NCBI GenBank assembly: GCA_002713205.1
Contig: PAVW01000004.1
Span: forward strand, 8,437 to 24,578
DNA from: Nitrososphaerota archaeon
GTDB taxonomy: Archaea > Thermoproteota > Nitrososphaeria > Nitrososphaerales > UBA57
Direction of reading: 5' to 3'
DNA: 16,142 nucleotides
Position 1 is the stretch's first letter, and each line of letters starts with the position of its first letter. Below the pieces are notes generated by a model. It was not told the DNA's origin and searched no databases. It saw only the letters and a list, made by a program, of their open reading frames with translations. The position numbers and the translations under genes are program-made. This document shows positions 1-6,943 of the stretch, piece after piece.

Positions 1-726
1 TAATCCATCAGCAACAGGCATTTTATTTAATAAAATTGAAACATTGGATTCTTCAGCTAAATGATATAATGATAAAGCCAATCCATCACTTGAATCAATA
101 CTAGAATTAATTAAATTTTTTTTCGTAAGCTCATAACATATTTTTAAATTAATACGAGGTTCAAGAATAGACTTAATGGCAGATTTTTCAAAGTAAGTTT
201 TAGGCCTGTAGTTATTTAATAATAAAAATAAACCAGCACCTGTTAAACCAAAAGGTCCAGTTACATAAATTAAATCACCAGGTCGTGCTTTTTGGCGTGT
301 AGGAATTCTATGAGTATAAAAACCAATCATAGTACAATTAATAATCAATTCTAAACTTGAATTGGTATCTCCTCCTAATAATGAAACATTCAATTCTGAT
401 GATGCGTCATAAATTCCCCGAGATAGAGATTTTATTTGATTTCGTGAAAATATATTTGGAATGCCTAACGATAAAAGGAAATATTTAGGAAAGATTCCTT
501 TGCAAGCAAAATCACTTGCAGTCATAATAATTGATTTTCGTGCTGTTTGACGAATGGTCATTTGTGAAGGAACATCAGTAGATTCAACCAACATATCTGA
601 ATTTATTGCAATTTTACCATTATGTCTTCCAATAACAGATACGTCGTCACTAATCAAACTTGAACCATTATTCATAGTTTGGCGTAATATTCGAATTATT
701 TGATCTTCGGTAATTTTAGAAATCAT
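1..726 (-). CDS. thiL: Thiamine-monophosphate kinase (ThiL, PurM/AIR-synthase-like fold). The C-terminus is cut by the window edge.
   Basis: This ORF is absent from the ORF track because it runs off the window. I checked the frame by hand: the ATG is at 726-724 (cat on + strand), and no in-frame tta/cta/tca triplet occurs on the + strand down to nt 1, giving 242 open codons. The translation MISKITEDQIIRILRQ..ISDDVSVI..NSDMLVESTDVP..MTASDFACKG..LLGGDTNSS..RPGDLIYVTGPFGLTGAGL follows the ThiL motif order. Other PurM-superfamily members cannot be fully excluded without an HMM search. Confidence 0.7.
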   Translation of the reverse strand, partial: MISKITEDQIIRILRQTMNNGSSLISDDVSVIGRHNGKIAINSDMLVESTDVPSQMTIRQTARKSIIMTASDFACKGIFPKYFLLSLGIPNIFSRNQIKSLSRGIYDASSELNVSLLGGDTNSSLELIINCTMIGFYTHRIPTRQKARPGDLIYVTGPFGLTGAGLFLLLNNYRPKTYFEKSAIKSILEPRINLKICYELTKKNLINSSIDSSDGLALSLYHLAEESNVSILLNKMPVADGL

Positions 727-770
727 TCTATATTTACTATAATAATGTAATTATTGAAAAATATTTTTTA

Positions 771-1190
771 ATGAATGATTTTCTATTAATATTAACTATC
801 ATGATGTCATATAGAGGCCCTAAAGAACAACATTCTAGAATGGAGCGTAAATACTTCATGCAAATAATTTTGGGTATATTTTTGATATTATTAGCAATAC
901 CCTTAGAGACATATAGAACAGGATTAGGTGATGTAGAAATTCGACAGCCTTTGCCACCTGGTGGAGAAGATAGACCTGAACCTGTAAGAATTCAGACAAA
1001 CACTAGTTCAGCATTATCATATTTAGTTATAATTGGAGGGTCGATAGTGAATCTTCATGCTATGAAAAAATATCATTCAGCATATTCTGAGATTAAAGAA
1101 AAAGAAGAACGTCCAGCAAATATATTCATAGGACTAGGAATTCTTTGTACGGCAATAGCAATTGGTTATTGCCTTATGATTATAACATAA
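771..1190 (+). CDS. Hypothetical small integral membrane protein (about 3 hydrophobic helices).
   Basis: It is the only ORF filling this gap. Three hydrophobic segments are present (QIILGIFLILLAIPL, LSYLVIIGGSIVNL, IFIGLGILCTAIAIGYCLMII), separated by a Pro/Gly/charged loop (RQPLPPGGEDRPEPVR). I recognise no family. The start is uncertain, with in-frame Met codons also at residues 24 and 30. Confidence 0.5.
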   Translation: MNDFLLILTIMMSYRGPKEQHSRMERKYFMQIILGIFLILLAIPLETYRTGLGDVEIRQPLPPGGEDRPEPVRIQTNTSSALSYLVIIGGSIVNLHAMKKYHSAYSEIKEKEERPANIFIGLGILCTAIAIGYCLMIIT

Positions 1191-2163
1191 ACAACCATGA
1201 CAAGTTTGATTGTCCATTATCCTCAAAAAAATCCCAAACCGCAGTAATCATACCATCTCCATATAACCCACTTGGCAAATAATCATTAAGTTGACCATGT
1301 CCAGCATAATGAAAAAGATATACTACAATTTCTCTAGAATTTTTACAATTTTGATAATTGAGAAGAATAAAGTCAGAATAATCAATTTTATCTGGTTCAG
1401 AATTGCATTGATTATGATCAATCCATATATTTATCGTATCGTAAACAGACTTTATATAAACTGCAGAAGTATTTCGTGAACTATATTGCCCAATAGGCCC
1501 ACCTTCAAGAGGAACTGAGTTATCCATAATTCCATGCATATGTAAAATTGAGACAGGTCTGTCATGAGTTATAAGAGGACGATTTTCCAAACAGCGTGTT
1601 ATAGGAATTTTAGATAATTCACAATCATAATGGGATGCCATTAACAATGCAAAGGCTGAAAATTCATTCGGTTGAGATGCAACTTGTTCATATAAAAAGA
1701 AAGCACCTGCAGAAATTCCAAAAGCGTATAATTTATTTTTATTAATTCGTGTATGAATCTCAAGCCAATCAATAATTTCTAATACAAAATCATAATCATT
1801 TGCCACACTACGAAATTGAGAACCCGATAAAATACCTGTATTCCATGTTTGATTAACGCCATCAGGATATACACCAATAAAATTTTCATTATTCACCATT
1901 GACGACATACTTGTTGTACCTCCACTGCCCCCATAATATTGAAAATACATTAACACAGGATAATTATGATTAGGCGAGTAAGAATCAGGAGTTTCAACCC
2001 AAAATGTACGATTAATACCGTTATGTTCAATAGAAATACGATTCAATCCTGGATTCAATACATTATCAAATGATGGGCCAAAATACAATAATGAAGAATC
2101 CCTTTGCGAGTAAAGTGAAATAGAAATAATAAAGAGCATTATAAGTATAATAATTTTTGACAT
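1180..2163 (-). CDS. Secreted alpha/beta-hydrolase, an LpqC / poly(3-hydroxybutyrate)-depolymerase-family esterase. The substrate is unknown.
   Basis: The N-terminal MSKIIILIMLFIISISLYSQ looks like a signal peptide. Motifs occur in the order typical of the COG3509/Esterase_phd family: YPVLMYFQYYGGSGG, FIGVYPDG..WN, DYDFVLEIIDWL, the nucleophile elbow G-I-S-A-G in LYAFGISAGAFF, LHMHGIMDNSVPLEGG, and a C-terminal HYAGHG. Confidence 0.7.
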   Translation of the reverse strand: MSKIIILIMLFIISISLYSQRDSSLLYFGPSFDNVLNPGLNRISIEHNGINRTFWVETPDSYSPNHNYPVLMYFQYYGGSGGTTSMSSMVNNENFIGVYPDGVNQTWNTGILSGSQFRSVANDYDFVLEIIDWLEIHTRINKNKLYAFGISAGAFFLYEQVASQPNEFSAFALLMASHYDCELSKIPITRCLENRPLITHDRPVSILHMHGIMDNSVPLEGGPIGQYSSRNTSAVYIKSVYDTINIWIDHNQCNSEPDKIDYSDFILLNYQNCKNSREIVVYLFHYAGHGQLNDYLPSGLYGDGMITAVWDFFEDNGQSNLSWLFML

Positions 2164-2183
2164 TATAATATACTAAAATAATC

Positions 2184-2456
2184 TTATTCAAAGTTATAAT
2201 GTTTTTTTACATTCTTAGTTATTTTCCAAGTACATGTCAGTCCTTTAGGAAAAATAACTAAATCGTATTTTGACAATTTAACAGCATCGCCATCATTTGG
2301 AGTAATAATAGCTTCACCTTCAAGAAAATAACAAGTTTCAGTAACATCGTATTCCCATGGAAATTCTGAAACTTCCTTTGTCCAAATTGGCCAATTATAA
2401 ATTCCTAATTTTTTTATTTTTTCTTCTACAGGTGAATGTTCAACTATAATTTCCAT
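2184..2456 (-). CDS. Small single-domain cupin (DUF861 / cupin_3, EutQ-like).
   Basis: The 90-aa protein contains W-P-I-W..FPWEYDVTETCYFLEGEAIITPNDGDAVKLSKYDLVIFPKGLTCTWKITKNVKKHY. This matches the cupin_3 pattern W..w...f.w.y...E..y.LeG.......dG.....aGD...fP.G....W.v...v.K.Y. Confidence 0.75.
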   Translation of the reverse strand: MEIIVEHSPVEEKIKKLGIYNWPIWTKEVSEFPWEYDVTETCYFLEGEAIITPNDGDAVKLSKYDLVIFPKGLTCTWKITKNVKKHYNFE

Positions 2457-2523
2457 AATTAAAGATTAATTCTCTAATAAATAATTATTTTGAAATTTAA
2501 ATAAGCGAATTAATATATAAAAA
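2457..2523. promoter_or_regulatory. Divergent promoter spacer between the cupin gene and htrA, with TATA-like elements.
   Basis: The palindromic ATTTAAAT at 2495-2502 starts 29 nt upstream of the htrA GTG. That spacing is expected for an archaeal TATA box driving a leaderless mRNA. TTATTTATTA (read on the - strand, ~2474-2483) lies ~20-30 nt upstream of the cupin ATG (2456). This is a sequence-pattern argument only. Confidence 0.3.
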
Positions 2524-3684
2524 GTGATTCGTTTGACTAATCGTACAACGCAAATTTCATATTTATCATTAATAATTAGCTTTATAACATTAATTTTATT
2601 ATTATATGTCATTTTTCTCAATCCAGCAATATTTCAAGGATCTTCAGAAACAGTAGGTATTGAAGGTAAACCAGGAGTAGCAGGTATTGAAGGTAAACCA
2701 GGACCGGCAGGAGTACAAGGCGTTGAAGGTAAACCAGGACCGGCAGGAGTACAAGGCGTTGAAGGTAAACCAGGACCAGCAAGCTATTATGCACAAGAAG
2801 TATATGAAAAAACAAAATCAGGAGTAGTTTTCATTAAAGTCTATGCAAATGGCAATGATGACAACACCTGCTCAGTTGGATCAGGATTCATTTATGATAA
2901 AAATGGTCATATTGTAACTAACGAACATGTTGTACAATGCGGAAGTGATTTTGTAATTGTTTTCTTTGATGGATCAATGAGCAGAGCAGAAATCACAGGA
3001 ATTGATACTTTAGGAGATTTAGCAGTGTTACGTGCAAATTTACCAAATTCTGTAAAAGAATTAGAACTAGAATCAAAGATTTCTGTCGGAGAACACGTAT
3101 TTGCACTAGGCAGCCCAGCAGGGTTTGTGGGATCAATAACAGCAGGAGTAATTAGTCAAACAAATAGAACAGGTCTAACAATATTGCCAATGATACAAAC
3201 GGATGCGCCGCTAAATCCTGGGAATTCTGGTGGACCATTAATAAATTCTAATGGTAAAGTTATTGGGATTAATGCAATGGGATTTAGAGATGGAAGACAA
3301 TATGAAGCATTAGGATTTGCAATACCTGCGAGTATTGCGAAAATAATTATTCCTGATTTAATCGAAAAAGGATTTCATGATCATCCATATATAGGAATAT
3401 ATACAACATTTTTAGATTTATTTCAAATTGAAAAACGAGGATTATCTGATCAAGTAATTGGAGGAAGAATTATTCAAGAAATAGTTCAAGATTCTCCTGC
3501 AGATAAATCAGAATTGCAAGCCGGAGATGTAATTCTAACAATAGGAGGACATCCACTAATAGCGCAACACGATATTGCATATATTCTTCAACATTTCTTT
3601 GCTCCAGGAGACAATATTCCAATAGAGGTACTTAGAAATGGAGATATTATTACCGTGGAATTAACCTTAGGAAAAAGACAATAA
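2524..3684 (+). CDS. htrA: Membrane-anchored HtrA/DegP-family serine protease (S1C) with an N-terminal TM helix, a collagen-like GXY stalk, a trypsin-like domain and one PDZ domain.
   Basis: The start codon is GTG. A hydrophobic helix covers residues ~13-33 and (G-X-Y)x14 covers residues 45-86. The catalytic triad context is TNEHVV (His), GDLAVL (Asp) and GNSGGPL (Ser). A PDZ-like segment (IVQDSPADKSELQAGDVILTIGGHPL) follows. Confidence 0.9.
   Translation: MIRLTNRTTQISYLSLIISFITLILLLYVIFLNPAIFQGSSETVGIEGKPGVAGIEGKPGPAGVQGVEGKPGPAGVQGVEGKPGPASYYAQEVYEKTKSGVVFIKVYANGNDDNTCSVGSGFIYDKNGHIVTNEHVVQCGSDFVIVFFDGSMSRAEITGIDTLGDLAVLRANLPNSVKELELESKISVGEHVFALGSPAGFVGSITAGVISQTNRTGLTILPMIQTDAPLNPGNSGGPLINSNGKVIGINAMGFRDGRQYEALGFAIPASIAKIIIPDLIEKGFHDHPYIGIYTTFLDLFQIEKRGLSDQVIGGRIIQEIVQDSPADKSELQAGDVILTIGGHPLIAQHDIAYILQHFFAPGDNIPIEVLRNGDIITVELTLGKRQ
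2656..2781 (+). repeat. In-frame tandem repeat encoding 14 uninterrupted Gly-X-Y triplets (collagen-like).
   Basis: There are two 27-nt units, 2656-2682 (GIEGKPGVA) and 2683-2709 (GIEGKPGPA). Two 36-nt units follow, 2710-2745 and 2746-2781 (both GVQGVEGKPGPA), differing only by ccg versus cca. The segment is locally much more GC-rich than its surroundings. Confidence 0.95.
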
Positions 3685-3738
3685 GATAATAATTTAAAAA
3701 AAACTCAAAAGTTAATTCATACGATTACAGTAATTTTA

Positions 3739-5055
3739 TTGATAAAATTGTCTGAATTAAGTGGTTACAAAGATAAATCATTAGAACTATTATCAAGTGC
3801 TGGAATTAAAATTGGGGATTTTATTAAAATTAACACTAAAACAACAGAATATTTAGGAAATCTTCTTCCAAGATATGAATATTCAAATGAAAACTATATT
3901 GTGATAAAATTGACTAATGGGTACAATATAGGAATAGATTCGAAAAAAATAACAGATATAGGTAAAATAAAAAGCGGCGAAGAACCAAAATTTAAACCGC
4001 CATCAAAGCCCAATGTAAAGGATTCACTTCCAAAGATAGCAATTTTGGGAACTGGAGGAACAATAGCCTCAAGAATTGATTATAAGACAGGTGCAGTTAA
4101 CCCTGCATTCTCAGCTGAAGAATTATATTCAATAATACCTGAATTAGCATCTTATGCAAACATTAACACAGAATTAATTTCCAACATTGCAAGTGAACAA
4201 ATGAACCCCGAGGACTGGAAAAACATTGCAAATAAAGTAATAGAGAAAATTAAGGAAGAGAATCAAGGAATAATTATCGGTCATGGAACAGATACAATGG
4301 CTTATACTTCTGCAGCATTGAGTTTTGCATTAACAAATTGTCCAATACCAGTAATACTTACGGGGGCACAAAGATCAACAGATAGACCTTCATCTGATGC
4401 GTCACTGAATATGATTTCATCAGTTATTGTGGCTTCACAAGAGAGCATAAATGGAATATATTTAGCTATGCATTCAAGTATTGGAGATAATGAAATTTCT
4501 ATTCATTCAGGTACAAGAGTAAGAAAAAACCATACTTCAAAACGCGATGCATTTGAATCAATAGGAATAGATCCAATAGCAGTTGTAAACCAGGGTAAAG
4601 TAATAATCAAATCAGAAACATCAAAAAATGATAAAAAATTTGAACCAAAAATTAATTTTAATGAAAACGTTGCATTAGTAAAATTTCATCCAGGATTTAA
4701 GTCCGAAATAATAGATGCAATTATAGATTCAAATTCAAAAGGCATAATAATAGAAGGTACAGGATTAGGGCATGTTAATTCACAATGTAATAAATCAATT
4801 AAAAAGGCAATAGACAATGGAATGTTTGTTGGAATGACTTCACAATGTTTACGTGGAAGAGTAAAAATGACAGTCTATTCAGCAGGAAGAGATTTATTAG
4901 ATATAGGAGTCACACCGCTCGAAGATATGCTTCCAGAAACTGCTTTAGTAAAACTAATGTGGGCATATGGAAATTATCCAAATAATGATATAAAAAATAT
5001 AATGTTAAAAAATATTGCCGGAGAATATACTGAAAGATCAACATTGGGCAGATAA
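3739..5055 (+). CDS. gatD: Glutamyl-tRNA(Gln) amidotransferase subunit D (archaeal GatD, asparaginase-like).
   Basis: The start codon is TTG. The N-terminal GatD domain is present (IKIGDFIKI..YLGNLLPRYE..IVIKLTNGYNIGI). Asparaginase signatures LGTGGTIAS and GHGTDTM are present, and the gene lies immediately upstream of gatE with a 6-nt gap. Confidence 0.95.
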   Translation: MIKLSELSGYKDKSLELLSSAGIKIGDFIKINTKTTEYLGNLLPRYEYSNENYIVIKLTNGYNIGIDSKKITDIGKIKSGEEPKFKPPSKPNVKDSLPKIAILGTGGTIASRIDYKTGAVNPAFSAEELYSIIPELASYANINTELISNIASEQMNPEDWKNIANKVIEKIKEENQGIIIGHGTDTMAYTSAALSFALTNCPIPVILTGAQRSTDRPSSDASLNMISSVIVASQESINGIYLAMHSSIGDNEISIHSGTRVRKNHTSKRDAFESIGIDPIAVVNQGKVIIKSETSKNDKKFEPKINFNENVALVKFHPGFKSEIIDAIIDSNSKGIIIEGTGLGHVNSQCNKSIKKAIDNGMFVGMTSQCLRGRVKMTVYSAGRDLLDIGVTPLEDMLPETALVKLMWAYGNYPNNDIKNIMLKNIAGEYTERSTLGR

Positions 5056-5061
5056 ACAACA

Positions 5062-6939
5062 ATGGAAGATAATAATAATGAACTAAAAGTAGGATTGGAA
5101 ATACATCAACAACTTTCAAGTTCGACAAAATTATTTTGTAAATGTAATGGATTTAATCAGTTAGAAAATGAAATATATTTTAAAAGAATTTTACGGCCTA
5201 CTCAGAGTGAATTAGGCGAAACTGACCCAGCTGCATTATTTGAATCAAAAAAATCAAAACTAATGAACTACAAAGCAAATATAAATACAAGTTGTCTTGT
5301 TGAGGCAGATGAAGAACCGCCTCATGAAATGAGTGAAGAGGCGTTAGACATAGCACTAACAATATCATATTTGTTAAAATCTGAACCTGTAGACGAAATA
5401 CATGTAATGAGAAAATTAGTCATAGATGGTTCAAATACGACAGGATTTCAGAGAACAGTAATTATAGCCACAGGAGGGGAATTACAAGTAAATAACCTAA
5501 AGATACCTGTACTTTCAATAAGTCTTGAAGAAGATGCATCACGAATAATTAGTAAGAATAGAGATCAATCAACTTATTCATTAGATAGATTGTCAATTCC
5601 ATTAATAGAAATTACACTTGCACCTGTAAAATTCAAAAAAGAAGAAACAGAAAAAATTGCATTGGCATTAGGAAGGTTAATGAGAACAACAGGAAAAGTA
5701 GCAAGGGGCATAGGAACAATTAGACAAGACGTAAACATATCAATTGACGGAAAAAATATAATTGAAGTAAAAGGCGTACAACAATTAGATATGCTAACAA
5801 ATATTATTGAATTTGAAAATCAAAGACAAATAAACCTACTCAAAATTAAAAAAATACTATTAGGTAGAGGAATGACTGAAAATAATTTTAAAGCAGAAAC
5901 CGCTGACATATCAAATATTTTTAACAATACGGATTGTAAGTTAATAAAAACAGTACTATCCAACAAAGGCAAAGTAATGGCAATAAAAGCGCAAAAATTC
6001 AGAGGATTAATTAAAAAAGAAGATTATGAAGGAACAAGACTAGGTCGTGATATATCTTCTCTAGTGAAATTTTTTGGATATGGAGGAATATTTCATTCAG
6101 ACGAATTACCCAATTATGGAATAACAGAAAATGAAATAAATAAAATATCCATTAAAATTAAAAATGAATCCGATGATGGATTCATAATTCTTGCCGGTAA
6201 CAAGGAGAACATGAATATTACAGTAAAAAGCATTCAAAATAGATTATGTCAATGCATAATAGGCATACCAGCAGAAACAAGAACTCCTACAGAAGATGGA
6301 AAAACAAACTATATGAGGCCAAGACCTGGATCAGCAAGAATGTATCCAGAAACGGATATAATTCCAGTTAAAATAACTGATGATAAAAAATTAAAAATTA
6401 AAAAAATACTGCCGCAAACCTATGAAGAGCAAATAAATAATTACAAAAATAATATCGGATTAAATGATAAATTATCAATTCAAATATTTGATTCAAAATA
6501 CAAAACGCTATTTGAAAAGTTAATTAAAAATATAGACCTACCTGCAAATTTCATTGCAGCGCAATTAACAGAGACATTAATCAATTTAAGCAGAAACAAT
6601 GTCAATATAAATAAAATTACAAATAATGAATTAGAGGAAATATTTAGAGAAATAGAAAAAGGAGTAATTGCTAAAGAATCTTTTGAAAAAATAGTTGAAG
6701 ATATATGTGAAAGTGATCATGACATTAATAATATAATTAATGAAATGAAATCAAGTAAATTAAGTGAAAAAGATATCGAAAAAATAATATTAGAAATAAT
6801 AGATGCAAAAAAAGAAATAATTAATGAAAAAGGAGAGAAGTCTTTCAGTATATTAATGGGAGAAGCAATGAAACAATTACGCGGAAAAGTTGATGGAAAA
6901 ATAGTAAGCGATAAAATAAAGAAATTATTGAAAAAGTAA
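5062..6939 (+). CDS. gatE: Glutamyl-tRNA(Gln) amidotransferase subunit E (archaeal GatE).
   Basis: The protein has LKVGLEIHQQL at the N-terminus and a GatB/E core (DEEPPHE, IDGSNTTGFQRT, LEEDA, RQDVNISI, PGSARMYPETD). A C-terminal YqeY/GatB-like tail and a length of 625 aa are typical of GatE. Confidence 0.95.
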   Translation: MEDNNNELKVGLEIHQQLSSSTKLFCKCNGFNQLENEIYFKRILRPTQSELGETDPAALFESKKSKLMNYKANINTSCLVEADEEPPHEMSEEALDIALTISYLLKSEPVDEIHVMRKLVIDGSNTTGFQRTVIIATGGELQVNNLKIPVLSISLEEDASRIISKNRDQSTYSLDRLSIPLIEITLAPVKFKKEETEKIALALGRLMRTTGKVARGIGTIRQDVNISIDGKNIIEVKGVQQLDMLTNIIEFENQRQINLLKIKKILLGRGMTENNFKAETADISNIFNNTDCKLIKTVLSNKGKVMAIKAQKFRGLIKKEDYEGTRLGRDISSLVKFFGYGGIFHSDELPNYGITENEINKISIKIKNESDDGFIILAGNKENMNITVKSIQNRLCQCIIGIPAETRTPTEDGKTNYMRPRPGSARMYPETDIIPVKITDDKKLKIKKILPQTYEEQINNYKNNIGLNDKLSIQIFDSKYKTLFEKLIKNIDLPANFIAAQLTETLINLSRNNVNINKITNNELEEIFREIEKGVIAKESFEKIVEDICESDHDINNIINEMKSSKLSEKDIEKIILEIIDAKKEIINEKGEKSFSILMGEAMKQLRGKVDGKIVSDKIKKLLKK

Positions 6940-6943
6940 CTAT

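Noticed and set aside
727-770. A possible TPP riboswitch upstream of thiL.
   Set aside because: The spacer is only 44 nt and purely AT-rich, which is far too short and lacks the conserved CUGAGA/ACCUGA elements.
2618-2815. A 65-aa antisense ORF with the repeated peptide LVLLPVLVYLQR.
   Set aside because: It is the reverse-complement reading of the GXY tandem repeat in htrA. The repetition is inherited from the sense-strand repeat, so it is not independent coding evidence.
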